NCBI GenBank assembly: GCA_965235115.1
Contig: OZ249436.1
Span: 24,554,001-24,618,000, forward strand
Length of the DNA stretch: 64,000 bases
Reading direction: 5' to 3'
Source: Laetmonice hystrix
Lineage: Eukaryota
In this document: piece after piece, positions 26,101 through 41,221 of the stretch
How positions within the stretch are numbered: the stretch's first letter is position 1
Layout of the letters: every line of letters begins with the position of its first letter
Notes under the pieces: model-generated
The model's database searches: none
Told to the model about the DNA's origin: nothing
What the model saw: the letters and a program-made list of their open reading frames with translations, nothing else
Translations under genes and position numbers: made by a program

Positions 26101-29100
26101 CCCAGCTAACAGCACAAATAACAGGATTCAGGGCTTCCTACCACGTTACAAGTCACAATAGATTGCTGCCTGTCGTAAAAATATACCAGACCATTTTAAA
26201 AAGTCACAGAACCCCAATCCGGCCCTAATATGTCACTCCCAGTACCAATACACTCTGGAAGCACCATCAACTGAAATTCAGGCCTAGAACCCACCTCTCT
26301 CTACCAATATCATGCACCTAGTCCGTATACGAGGTTGTAATTTACTTTAATCAACGGGCTGCGCCGCAGCAACCCACTCTGGTCTTTGCAATCTTTTTCA
26401 ATATGCGTTAACATTTGTAACCAGCTCAACGCGCCTTGTAAAATTTTTCAAAGTGCGTAAAAGTGTGTGTCCACCCCGACACGCTTTCCAAACCACTATA
26501 CCCACCGAGCGACATCCACTCAAATACAGGCTTCGACCGATCCTCACTGTGCCAATAATCCGCCACAAGGCAAATTCAGTCAATGCAAGCTGGAAAATCG
26601 AATGTCAAACCTAATGCTCCCCCCCCCAGCACGTTAACTGAAAATAATCAACTAGCTTGAAAACTAGAATATAGCTTTGTTAAGCTAACAATCTACTCTC
26701 CCAGCGCCATCAACTCGCATACAGGCGTAAAAGCAAACGCACTGCCCCATATAATGCTTCCAGCCTAAAACGATGTTGCAATTAATTTAAAATTAACAAG
26801 ATGCACTAGTAATCCGATCCAAGCCTAATTACGTCATTGCTAGTTTCATAACCAAATCTCACAGAAAATACCCCACCCGCGCACATAACCTGAAAATATT
26901 CAACTTTTATCTCCAATGTATCCCTGTGCACCTAGTAGCACCCAAGCGGGCCCAATTTTGACATTCCAACACAAATACCGCAAATACCCGCCTAATGGCA
27001 CAAAAAACTTTCTACCCCGTTGCAAGTCACATTAGCTTGCTGCTTGTCGTAAAAAATGGTGCAGACCATTTCTAAAGTCACAGTACCCCACTCCCGGCCT
27101 AATATTACGTTTCAGTATCCATATACGCTGCAAGCGGCAGGAACTCGAATACAGGCCTAAAAGTAACCCCAGTCTAGCAATATCATACTCTCATGCCATA
27201 TACGAGCTTGTAATTATCTTTAATTAATGGGCTCCGCAGCACCAACCCACTGCATTAACATTTGTTTAACAGCTTAACGCACCTTGTAAAAAATTTTCAA
27301 GTGCGTAAAAATGCGTGTCCACCTCCACATACTTTAAAAATCACTATACCCACCCAGCGACATTCACTCTAATACACGCCTAAGAGGAACTTCACTGTCC
27401 CATTTGATTCTCCAGCACGTATAGGATGTTTCAAGTAACATTTATCCACGGTCTGGCCCAATAACGTGCAACAAGGCATAGTAAGTCAATGCGACCTCGC
27501 ATGTCAAACCTAACCCGCCCCCCAGCACATGAGCTCGAGATATTCAAATAGCTTGAAAACTAGAATATAGCTTTGCTTAATACCATTATACCATCAACTC
27601 GCATTACAGGCCTAATGCGAAGCTCCCAGCCTAAAACGAGTTTCCAATTAATTTAAAGTTAACAAGATGCACTAATAATCGATTCCAAGCCTAATTAGGC
27701 CATTGCTAGTTGGATAACCAAATCTCATACAAAATACACCCTCCCGGCAGATGACCTGAGAATATTCAACTCTTATGTCCGATATATCCCTGTCCGCTTA
27801 GTAGCACCCAGCCGGGCCCCCATTTTGACATTGCAACACCAATACAGCAAGTGCCCAGCTAACAGCACAAATAACAGGATTCAGGGCTTCCTACCACGTT
27901 ACAAGTCACAATAGATTGCTGCCTGTCGTAAAAATATACCAGACCATTTTAAAAAGTCACAGAACCCCAATCCGGCCCTAATATGTCACTCCCAGTACCA
28001 ATACACTCTGGAAGCACCATCAACTGAAATTCAGGCCTAGAACCCACCTCTCTCTACCAATATCATGCACCTAGTCCGTATACGAGGTTGTAATTTACTT
28101 TAATCAACGGGCTGCGCCGCAGCAACCCACTCTGGTCTTTGCAATCTTTTTCAATATGCGTTAACATTTGTAACCAGCTCAACGCGCCTTGTAAAATTTT
28201 TCAAAGTGCGTAAAAGTGTGTGTCCACCCCGACACGCTTTCCAAACCACTATACCCACCGAGCGACATCCACTCAAATACAGGCTTCGACCGATCCTCAC
28301 TGTGCCAATAATCCGCCACAAGGCAAATTCAGTCAATGCAAGCTGGAAAATCGAATGTCAAACCTAATACTCCCCCCCCCAGCACGTTAACTGAAAATAA
28401 TCAACTAGCTTGAAAACTAGAATATAGCTTTGTTTAGCTAACAATCTACTCTCCCAGCGCCATCAACTCGCATACAGGCGTAAAAGCAAACGCACTGCCC
28501 CATATAATGCTCCCAGCCTAAAACGATGTTGCAATTAATTTAAAATTAACAAGATGCACTAGTAATCCGATCCAAGCTTAATTACGTCATTGCTAGTTTC
28601 ATAACCAAATCTCACAGAAAATACCCCACCCGGGCACATAACCTGAAAATATTCAACTTTTATCTCCAATGTATCCCTGTGCACCTAGTAGCACCCAAGC
28701 GGGCCCAATTTTGACATCCCAACACAAATACCGCAAATACCCGCCTAATGGCACAAAAAACTTTCTACCCCGTTGCAAGTCACATTAGCGTGCTGCTTGT
28801 CGTAAAAAATGGTGCAGACCATTTCTAAAGTCACAGTACCCCACTCCCGGCCTAATATTACGTTTCAGTATCCATATACGCTGCAAGCGGCAGGAACTCG
28901 AATACAGGCCTAAAAGTAACCTCAGTCTAGCAATATCATACTCCCATGCCATATACGAGCTTGTAATTATCTTTAATTAATGGGCTCCGCAGCACCAACC
29001 CACTGCATTAACATTTGTTTAACAGCTTAACACACCTTGTAAAATGTTTTCAAGTGCGTAAAAATGCGTGTCCACCTCCACATACTTTAAAAATCACTAT

Positions 29101-32100
29101 ACCCACCCAGCGACATCCACTCTAATACACGCCTAAAAGGAACTTCACTGTCCCATTTGATTCTCCAGCACGTATAGGATGTTTCAAGTAACATTCATCC
29201 ACGGTCTGGCCCAATAACGTGCAACAAGGCATAGTAAGTCAATGCGAGCTCGCATGTCAAACCTAACCCGCCCCCAAGCACATGAGCTGAAAATATTCAA
29301 ATAGCTTGAAAACTAGAATATAGCTTTGCTTAATACCATTATACCATCAACTCGCATTACAGGCCTAATGCGAAGCTCCCAGCCTAAAACGAGTTTCCAA
29401 TTAATTTAAAGTTAACAAGATGCACTAATAATCGATTCCAAGCCTAATTAGGCCATTGCTAGTTGGATAACCAAATCTCATACAAAATACACCCTCCCGG
29501 CAGATGACCTGAGAATATTCAACTCTTATGTCCGATATATCCCTGTCCGCTTAGTAGCACCCAGCCGGGCCCCCATTTTGACATTGCAACACCAATACAG
29601 CAAGTGCCCAGCTAACAGCACAAATAACAGGATTCAGGGCTTCCTACCACGTTACAAGTCACAATAGATTGCTGCCTGTCGTAAAAATATACCAGACCAT
29701 TTTAAAAAGTCACAGAACCCCAATCCGGCCCTAATATGTCACTCCCAGTACCAATAGACGCTGGAAGCACCATCAACTGAAATTCAGGCCTAGAACCCAC
29801 CTCTCTCTACCAATATCATGCACCTAGTCCGTATACGAGGTTGTAATTTCCTTTAATCAACGGGCTGCGCCGCAGCAACCCACTCTGGTCTTTGCAATCT
29901 TTTTCAATATGCGTTAACATTTGTGACCAGCTCAACGCGCCTTGTAAAATTTTTCAAAGTGCGTAAAAGTGTGTGTCCACCCCGACACGCTTTCCAAACC
30001 ACTATACCCACCGAGCGACATCCACTCAAATACAGGCTTCGACCGATCCTCACTGTGCCAATAATCCGCCACAAGGCAAATTCAGTCAATGCAAGCTGGA
30101 AAATCGAATGTCAAACCTAATGCTCCCCCCCCAGCACGTTAACTGAAAAAAATCAACTAGCTTGAAAACTAGAATATAGCTTTGTTTAGCTAACAATCTA
30201 CTCTCCCAGCGCCATCAACTCGCATACAGGCGTAAAAGCAAACGCACTGCCCCATATAATGCTCCCAGCATAAAACGATGTTGCAATTAATTTAAAATTA
30301 ACAAGATGCACTAGTAATCCGATCCAAGCCTAATTACGTCATTGCTAGTTTCATAACCAAATCTCACAGAAAATACCCCACCCGCGCACATAACCTGAAA
30401 ATATTCAACTTTTATCTCCAATGTATCCCTGTGCACCTAGTAGCACCCAAGCGGGCCCAATTTTGACATTCCAACACAAATACCGCAAATACCCGCCTAA
30501 TGGCACAAAAAACTTTCTACCCCGTTGCAAGTCACATTAGCTTGCTGCTTGTCGTAAAAAATGGTGCAGACCATTTCTAAAGTCACAGTACCCCACTCCC
30601 GGCCTAATATTACGTTTCAGTATCCATATACGCTGCAAGCGGCAGGAACTCGAATACAGGCCTAAAAGTAACCCCAGTCTAGCAATATCATACTCTCATG
30701 CCATATACGAGCTTGTAATTATCTTTAATTAATGGGCTCCGCAGCACCAACCCACTGCATTAACATTTGTTTAAGAGCTTAACGCACCTTGTAAAAAAAT
30801 TTTCAAGTGCGTAAAAATGCGTGTCCACCTCCACATACTTTAAAAATCACTATACCCACCCAGCGACATTCACTCTAATACACGCCTAAGAGGAACTTCA
30901 CTGTCCCATTTGATTCTCCAGCACGTATAGGATGTTTCAAGTAACATTTATCCACGGTCTGGCCCAATAACGTGCAACAAGGCATAGTAAGTCAATGCGA
31001 GCTCGCATGTCAAACCTAACCCGCCCCCCAGCACATGAGCTGAAAATATTCAAATAGCTTGAAAACTAGAATATAGCTTTGCTTAATACCATTATACCAT
31101 CAACTCGCATTACAGGCCTAATGCGAAGCTCCCAGCCTAAAACGAGTTTCCAATTAATTTAAAGTTAACAAGATGCACTAATAATCGATTCCAAGCCTAA
31201 TTAGGCCATTGCTAGTTGGATAACCAAATCTCATACAAAATACACCCTCCCGGCAGATGACCTGAGAATATTCAACTCTTATGTCCGATATATCCCTGTC
31301 CGCTTAGTAGCACCCAGCCGGGCCCCCATTTTGACATTGCAACACCAATACAGCAAGTGCCCAGCTAACAGCACAAATAACAGGATTCAGGGCTTCCTAC
31401 CACGTTACAAGTCACAATAGATTGCTGCCTGTCGTAAAAATATACCAGACCATTTTAAAAAGTCACAGAACCCCAATCCGGCCCTAATATGTCACTCCCA
31501 GTACCAATACACGCTGGAAGCACCATCAACTGAAATTCAGGCCTAGAACCCACCTCTCTCTACCAATATCATGCACCTAGTCCGTATACGAGGTTGTAAT
31601 TTACTTTAATCAACGGGCTGCGCCGCAGCAACCCACTCTGGTCTTTGCAATCTTTTTCAATATGCGTTAACATTTGTAACCAGCTCAACGCGCCTTGTAA
31701 AATTTTTCAAAGTGCGTAAAAGTGTGTGTCCACCCCGACACGCTTTCCAAACCACTATACCCACCGAGCGACATCCACTCAAATACAGGCTTCGACCGAT
31801 CCTCACTGTGCCAATAATCCGCCACAAGGCAAATTCAGTCAATGCAAGCTGGAAAATCGAATGTCAAACCTAATGCTCCCCCCCCCCAGCACGTTAACTG
31901 AAAATAATCAACTAGCTTGAAAACTAGAATATAGCTTTGTTAAGCTAACAATCTACTCTCCCAGCGCCATCAACTCGCATACAGGCGTAAAAGCAAACGC
32001 ACTGCCCCATATAATGCTTCCAGCCTAAAACGATGTTGCAATTAATTTAAAATTAACAAGATGCACTAGTAATCCGATCCAAGCCTAATTACGTCATTGC

Positions 32101-33697
32101 TAGTTTCATAACCAAATCTCACAGAAAATACCCCACCCGCGCACATAACCTGAAAATATTCAACTTTTATCTCCAATGTATCCCTGTGCACCTAGTAGCA
32201 CCCAAGCGGGCCCAATTTTGACATTCCAACACAAATACCGCAAATACCCGCCTAATGGCACAAAAAACTTTCTACCCCGTTGCAAGTCACATTAGCTTGC
32301 TGCTTGTCGTAAAAAATGGTGCAGACCATTTCTAAAGTCACAGTACCCCACTCCCGGCCTAATATTACGTTTCAGTATCCATATACGCTGCAAGCGGCAG
32401 GAACTCGAATACAGGCCTAAAAGTAACCCCAGTCTAGCAATATCATACTCTCATGCCATATACGAGCTTGTAATTATCTTTAATTAATGGGCTCCGCAGC
32501 ACCAACCCACTGCATTAACATTTGTTTAACAGCTTAACGCACCTTGTAAAAAATTTTCAAGTGCGTAAAAATGCGTGTCCACCTCCACATACTTTAAAAA
32601 TCACTATACCCACCCAGCGACATTCACTCTAATACACGCCTAAGAGGAACTTCACTGTCCCATTTGATTCTCCAGCACGTATAGGATGTTTCAAGTAACA
32701 TTTATCCACGGTCTGGCCCAATAACGTGCAACAAGGCATAGTAAGTCAATGCGACCTCGCATGTCAAACCTAACCCGCCCCCCAGCACATGAGCTCGAGA
32801 TATTCAAATAGCTTGAAAACTAGAATATAGCTTTGCTTAATACCATTATACCATCAACTCGCATTACAGGCCTAATGCGAAGCTCCCAGCCTAAAACGAG
32901 TTTCCAATTAATTTAAAGTTAACAAGATGCACTAATAATCGATTCCAAGCCTAATTAGGCCATTGCTAGTTGGATAAACAAATCTCATACAAAATACACC
33001 CTCCCGGCAGATGACCTGAGAATATTCAACTCTTATGTCCGATATATCCCTGTCCGCTTAGTAGCACCCAGCCGGGCCCCCATTTTGACATTGCAACACC
33101 AATACAGCAAGTGCCCAGCTAACAGCACAAATAACAGGATTCAGGGCTTCCTACCACGTTACAAGTCACAATAGATTGCTGCCTGTCGTAAAAATATACC
33201 AGACCATTTTAAAAAGTCACAGAACCCCAATCCGGCCCTAATATGTCACTCCCAGTACCAATAGACGCTGGAAGCACCATCAACTGAAATTCAGGCCTAG
33301 AACCCACCTCTCTCTACCAATATCATGCACCTAGTCCGTATACGAGGTTGTAATTTACTTTAATCAACGGGCTGCGCCGCAGCAACCCACTCTGGTCTTT
33401 GCAATCTTTTTCAATATGCGTTAACATTTGTGACCAGCTCAACGCGCCTTGTAAAATTTTTCAAAGTGCGTAAAAGTGTGTGTCCACCCCGACACGCTTT
33501 CCAAACCACTATACCCACCGAGCGACATCCACTCAAATACAGGCTTCGACCGATCCTCACTGTGCCAATAATCCGCCACAAGGCAAATTCAGTCAATGCA
33601 AGCTGGAAAATCGAATGTCAAACCTAATGCTCCCCCCCCCCAGCACGTTAACTGAAAATAATCAACTAGCTTGAAAACTAGAATATAGCTTTGTTAA

Positions 33698-34826
33698 AGC
33701 CAAATGCAACAATCCAGCTACCTTATACCTTCCCATATGCCTTATACAATAAAGAATAACATCAGCAATAAATGCAGGTCAATAGGTTTTACATAAACGA
33801 GAATGCCAACCTTAAACTACGAGTACCGTACCTCTAGCCGAGAAATGAACTCGGCGCCATTTTACATCACATTATCACATGGGAGATTGATTCAGCCAAT
33901 CAAAAACAGTCAGGTCACCCGGAAGTGTGACGTCGCCAGAGCCGCGAGTTTCCACCAGCTGTCAGATCGGGTGAGGATACAAGGTAGTCAGAGAGTCTAG
34001 ACTGAGAGCTGCGAGTAAGATTATCCGTGTCATAGTACTAGGAGACCGATCAGCAGGTCTAACCACACCACTGACTTGGTGCTGATCCTTCGTGAAGATA
34101 TGCCTGGGTGTGCTAGCTGAACGGTAGCCCGACGCTTTGACAGTGGCAGTGCACGCCATGTCCCCGGCCGTAGACTGCCGTAGTCTGTCACTACTGTCAG
34201 ACTCCATCCATGACCCAACCAGTGTACATTTCATTCTCTAGTTGACAATTCTCCGTATAAATAATAGCTTTCAGCCACCATTTCATGCGTTGGAGGGTAT
34301 TGCGACGAATTTCTGTTCGTTTAAGCGCCCGGTAAGAGATTTTTCAATACGTTGTCGATCGACCAAATTGGCATGTCTGGCCCCGTCCAACCACCAGTGC
34401 ACGCCCGTCGGGAGCACCGTGCTGCCCCGTTGTTGACTTCCCCACCTGACTCGGGTGTCGGGGTGAGTGAGGCATGGAGCCTGGGACAGGGCACGCATGA
34501 AGGGGACATGAAGTCATGTAATCGACATGGGCCGAGATAACCATGGTCCGAGTTCACCAGTAACCATTATTGTACATAGTGTCCGTGAAGATGGTTGACC
34601 AACACAGTGATGGGGGAATGGGGTAGGCTCTAGGGACGCCATTTTTTAAGGTCTCACGGCAGTGAATTTCGGCAAGATGGACGCCGTGAGCAAACGGGCA
34701 ACTGTCAGTTTCTATCGGGGATTACTTTTAACACACAGACTTTGTGGGAATTAGATGGTGGCAGGTAAAAGGCACTATACCATGGTTATCCATGGGCCCT
34801 ATTGCTAGTGGCGGTTTCGGATCGCT
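33698..34826. mobile_element. Same 1,129-bp element, copy 2
   Basis: TTAA at 33694-33697 and 34827-34830; same site and orientation as copy 1; ORF-track entries repeat at an offset of 11,654 bp. Confidence 0.85.
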
Positions 34827-37800
34827 TTAAGCTAACAATCTACTCTCCCAGCGCCATCAACTCGCATACAGGCGTAAAAGCAAACGCACTGCCCCATATA
34901 ATGCTCCCAGCCTAAAACGATGTTGCAATTAATTTAAAATTAACAAGATGCACTAGTAATCCGATCCAAGCCTAATTACGTCATTGCTAGTTTCATAACC
35001 AAATCTCACAGAAAATACCCCACCCGCGCACATAACCTGAAAATATTCAACTTTTATCTCCAATGTATCCCTGTGCACCTAGTAGCACCCAAGCGGGCCC
35101 AATTTTGACATTCCAACACAAATACCGCAAATACCCGCCTAATGGCACAAAAAACTTTCTACCCCGTTGCAAGTCACATTAGCTTGCTGCTTGTCGTAAA
35201 AAATGGTGCAGACCATTTCTAAAGTCACAGTACCCCACTCCCGGCCTAATATTACGTTTCAGTATCCATATACGCTGCAAGCGGCAGGAACTCGAATACA
35301 GGCCTAAAAGTAACCCCAGTCTAGCAATATCATACTCTCATGCCATATACGAGCTTGTAATTATCTTTAATTAATGGGCTCCGCAGCACCAACCCACTGC
35401 ATTAACATTTGTTTAACAGCTTAACGCACCTTGTAAAAAATTTTCAAGTGCGTAAAAATGCGTGTCCACCTCCACATACTTTAAAAATCACTATACCCAC
35501 CCAGCGACATTCACTCTAATACACGCCTAAGAGGAACTTCACTGTCCCATTTGATTCTCCAGCACGTATAGGATGTTTCAAGTAACATTTATCCACGGTC
35601 TGGCCCAATAACGTGCAACAAGGCATAGTAAGTCAATGCGACCTCGCATGTCAAACCTAACCCGCCCCCCAGCACATGAGCTCGAGATATTCAAATAGCT
35701 TGAAAACTAGAATATAGCTTTGCTTAATACCATTATACCATCAACTCGCATTACAGGCCTAATGCGAAGCTCCCAGCCTAAAACGAGTTTCCAATTAATT
35801 TAAAGTTAACAAGATGCACTAATAATCGATTCCAAGCCTAATTAGGCCATTGCTAGTTGGATAACCAAATCTCATACAAAATACACCCTCCCGGCAGATG
35901 ACCTGAGAATATTCAACTCTTATGTCCGATATATCCCTGTCCGCTTAGTAGCACCCAGCCGGGCCCCCATTTTGACATTGCAACACCAATACAGCAAGTG
36001 CCCAGCTAACAGCACAAATAACAGGATTCAGGGCTTCCTACCACGTTACAAGTCACAATAGATTGCTGCCTGTCGTAAAAATATACCAGACCATTTTAAA
36101 AAGTCACAGAACCCCAATCCGGCCCTAATATGTCACTCCCAGTACCAATACACTCTGGAAGCACCATCAACTGAAATTCAGGCCTAGAACCCACCTCTCT
36201 CTACCAATATCATGCACCTAGTCCGTATACGAGGTTGTAATTTACTTTAATCAACGGGCTGCGCCGCAGCAACCCACTCTGGTCTTTGCAATCTTTTTCA
36301 ATATGCGTTAACATTTGTAACCAGCTCAACGCGCCTTGTAAAATTTTTCAAAGTGCGTAAAAGTGTGTGTCCACCCCGACACGCTTTCCAAACCACTATA
36401 CCCACCGAGCGACATCCACTCAAATACAGGCTTCGACCGATCCTCACTGTGCCAATAATCCGCCACAAGGCAAATTCAGTCAATGCAAGCTGGAAAATCG
36501 AATGTCAAACCTAATACTCCCCCCCCCCAGCACGTTAACTGAAAATAATCAACTAGCTTGAAAACTAGAATATAGCTTTGTTTAGCTAACAATCTACTCT
36601 CCCAGCGCCATCAACTCGCATACAGGCGTAAAAGCAAACGCACTGCCCCATATAATGCTCCCAGCCTAAAACGATGTTGCAATTAATTTAAAATTAACAA
36701 GATGCACTAGTAATCCGATCCAAGCTTAATTACGTCATTGCTAGTTTCATAACCAAATCTCACAGAAAATACCCCACCCGGGCACATAACCTGAAAATAT
36801 TCAACTTTTATCTCCAATGTATCCCTGTGCACCTAGTAGCACCCAAGCGGGCCCAATTTTGACATCCCAACACAAATACCGCAAATACCCGCCTAATGGC
36901 ACAAAAAACTTTCTACCCCGTTGCAAGTCACATTAGCGTGCTGCTTGTCGTAAAAAATGGTGCAGACCATTTCTAAAGTCACAGTACCCCACTCCCGGCC
37001 TAATATTACGTTTCAGTATCCATATACGCTGCAAGCGGCAGGAACTCGAATACAGGCCTAAAAGTAACCTCAGTCTAGCAATATCATACTCCCATGCCAT
37101 ATACGAGCTTGTAATTATCTTTAATTAATGGGCTCCGCAGCACCAACCCACTGCATTAACATTTGTTTAACAGCTTAACACACCTTGTAAAATTTTTTCA
37201 AGTGCGTAAAAATGCGTGTCCACCTCCACATACTTTAAAAATCACTATACCCACCCAGCGACATCCACTCTAATACACGCCTAAAAGGAACTTCACTGTC
37301 CCATTTGATTCTCCAGCACGTATAGGATGTTTCAAGTAACATTCATCCACGGTCTGGCCCAATAACGTGCAACAAGGCATAGTAAGTCAATGCGAGCTCG
37401 CATGTCAAACCTAACCCGCCCCCAAGCACATGAGCTGAAAATATTCAAATAGCTTGAAAACTAGAATATAGCTTTGCTTAATACCATTATACCATCAACT
37501 CGCATTACAGGCCTAATGCGAAGCTCCCAGCCTAAAACGAGTTTCCAATTAATTTAAAGTTAACAAGATGCACTAATAATCGATTCCAAGCCTAATTAGG
37601 CCATTGCTAGTTGGATAACCAAATCTCATACAAAATACACCCTCCCGGCAGATGACCTGAGAATATTCAACTCTTATGTCCGATATATCCCTGTCCGCTT
37701 AGTAGCACCCAGCCGGGCCCCCATTTTGACATTGCAACACCAATACAGCAAGTGCCCAGCTAACAGCACAAATAACAGGATTCAGGGCTTCCTACCACGT

Positions 37801-40092
37801 TACAAGTCACAATAGATTGCTGCCTGTCGTAAAAATATACCAGACCATTTTAAAAAGTCACAGAACCCCAATCCGGCCCTAATATGTCACTCCCAGTACC
37901 AATAGACGCTGGAAGCACCATCAACTGAAATTCAGGCCTAGAACCCACCTCTCTCTACCAATATCATGCACCTAGTCCGTATACGAGGTTGTAATTTCCT
38001 TTAATCAACGGGCTGCGCCGCAGCAACCCACTCTGGTCTTTGCAATCTTTTTCAATATGCGTTAACATTTGTGACCAGCTCAACGCGCCTTGTAAAATTT
38101 TTCAAAGTGCGTAAAAGTGTGTGTCCACCCCGACACGCTTTCCAAACCACTATACCCACCGAGCGACATCCACTCAAATACAGGCTTCGACCGATCCTCA
38201 CTGTGCCAATAATCCGCCACAAGGCAAATTCAGTCAATGCAAGCTGGAAAATCGAATGTCAAACCTAATGCTCCCCCCCCAGCACGTTAACTGAAAAAAA
38301 TCAACTAGCTTGAAAACTAGAATATAGCTTTGTTTAGCTAACAATCTACTCTCCCAGCGCCATCAACTCGCATACAGGCGTAAAAGCAAACGCACTGCCC
38401 CATATAATGCTCCCAGCATAAAACGATGTTGCAATTAATTTAAAATTAACAAGATGCACTAGTAATCCGATCCAAGCCTAATTACGTCATTGCTAGTTTC
38501 ATAACCAAATCTCACAGAAAATACCCCACCCGCGCACATAACCTGAAAATATTCAACTTTTATCTCCAATGTATCCCTGTGCACCTAGTAGCACCCAAGC
38601 GGGCCCAATTTTGACATTCCAACACAAATACCGCAAATACCCGCCTAATGGCACAAAAAACTTTCTACCCCGTTGCAAGTCACATTAGCTTGCTGCTTGT
38701 CGTAAAAAATGGTGCAGACCATTTCTAAAGTCACAGTACCCCACTCCCGGCCTAATATTACGTTTCAGTATCCATATACGCTGCAAGCGGCAGGAACTCG
38801 AATACAGGCCTAAAAGTAACCCCAGTCTAGCAATATCATACTCTCATGCCATATACGAGCTTGTAATTATCTTTAATTAATGGGCTCCGCAGCACCAACC
38901 CACTGCATTAACATTTGTTTAACAGCTTAACGCACCTTGTAAAAAAAATTTCAAGTGCGTAAAAATGCGTGTCCACCTCCACATACTTTAAAAATCACTA
39001 TACCCACCCAGCGACATTCACTCTAATACACGCCTAAGAGGAACTTCACTGTCCCATTTGATTCTCCAGCACGTATAGGATGTTTCAAGTAACATTTATC
39101 CACGGTCTGGCCCAATAACGTGCAACAAGGCATAGTAAGTCAATGCGAGCTCGCATGTCAAACCTAACCCGCCCCCCAGCACATGAGCTGAAAATATTCA
39201 AATAGCTTGAAAACTAGAATATAGCTTTGCTTAATACCATTATACCATCAACTCGCATTACAGGCCTAATGCGAAGCTCCCAGCCTAAAACGAGTTTCCA
39301 ATTAATTTAAAGTTAACAAGATGCACTAATAATCGATTCCAAGCCTAATTAGGCCATTGCTAGTTGGATAACCAAATCTCATACAAAATACACCCTCCCG
39401 GCAGATGACCTGAGAATATTCAACTCTTATGTCCGATATATCCCTGTCCGCTTAGTAGCACCCAGCCGGGCCCCCATTTTGACATTGCAACACCAATACA
39501 GCAAGTGCCCAGCTAACAGCACAAATAACAGGATTCAGGGCTTCCTACCACGTTACAAGTCACAATAGATTGCTGCCTGTCGTAAAAATATACCAGACCA
39601 TTTTAAAAAGTCACAGAACCCCAATCCGGCCCTAATATGTCACTCCCAGTACCAATAGACGCTGGAAGCACCATCAACTGAAATTCAGGCCTAGAACCCA
39701 CCTCTCTCTACCAATATCATGCACCTAGTCCGTATACGAGGTTGTAATTTACTTTAATCAACGGGCTGCGCCGCAGCAACCCACTCTGGTCTTTGCAATC
39801 TTTTTCAATATGCGTTAACATTTGTGACCAGCTCAACGCGCCTTGTAAAATTTTTCAAAGTGCGTAAAAGTGTGTGTCCACCCCGACACGCTTTCCAAAC
39901 CACTATACCCACCGAGCGACATCCACTCAAATACAGGCTTCGACCGATCCTCACTGTGCCAATAATCCGCCACAAGGCAAATTCAGTCAATGCAAGCTGG
40001 AAAATCGAATGTCAAACCTAATGCTCCCCCCCCCCCAGCACGTTAACTGAAAATAATCAACTAGCTTGAAAACTAGAATATAGCTTTGTTAA

Positions 40093-41221
40093 AGCCAAAT
40101 GCAACAATCCAGCTACCTTATACCTTCCCATATGCCTTATACAATAAAGAATAACATCAGCAATAAATGCAGGTCAATAGGTTTTACATAAACGAGAATG
40201 CCAACCTTAAACTACGAGTACCGTACCTCTAGCCGAGAAATGAACTCGGCGCCATTTTACATCACATTATCACATGGGAGATTGATTCAGCCAATCAAAA
40301 ACAGTCAGGTCACCCGGAAGTGTGACGTCGCCAGAGCCGCGAGTTTCCACCAGCTGTCAGATCGGGTGAGGATACAAGGTAGTCAGAGAGTCTAGACTGA
40401 GAGCTGCGAGTAAGATTATCCGTGTCATAGTACTAGGAGACCGATCAGCAGGTCTAACCACACCACTGACTTGGTGCTGATCCTTCGTGAAGATATGCCT
40501 GGGTGTGCTAGCTGAACGGTAGCCCGACGCTTTGACAGTGGCAGTGCACGCCATGTCCCCGGCCGTAGACTGCCGTAGTCTGTCACTACTGTCAGACTCC
40601 ATCCATGACCCAACCAGTGTACATTTCATTCTCTAGTTGACAATTCTCCGTATAAATAATAGCTTTCGGCCACCATTTCATGCGTTGGAGGGTATTGCGA
40701 CGAATTTCTGTTCGTTTAAGCGCCCGGTAAGAGATTTTTCAATACGTTGTCGATCGACCAAATTGGCATGTCTGGCCCCGTCCAACCACCAGTGCACGCC
40801 CGTCGGGAGCACCGTGCTGCCCCGTTGTTGACTTCCCCACCTGACTCGGGTGTCGGGGTGAGTGAGGCATGGAGCCTGGGACAGGGCACGCATGAAGGGG
40901 ACATGAAGTCATGTAATCGACATGGGCCGAGATAACCATGGTCCGAGTTCACCAGTAACCATTATTGTACATAGTGTCCGTGAAGATGGTTGACCAACAC
41001 AGTGATGGGGGAATGGGGTAGGCTCTAGGGACGCCATTTTTTAAGGTCTCACGGCAGTGAATTTCGGCAAGATGGACGCCGTGAGCAAACGGGCAACTGT
41101 CAGTTTCTATCGGGGATTACTTTTAACACACAGACTTTGTGGGAATTAGATGGTGGCAGGTAAAAGGCACTATACCATGGTTATCCATGGGCCCTATTGC
41201 TAGTGGCGGTTTCGGATCGCT
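40093..41221. mobile_element. Same 1,129-bp element, copy 3
   Basis: TTAA at 40089-40092 and 41222-41225; one private A>G change seen at 40668. Confidence 0.85.
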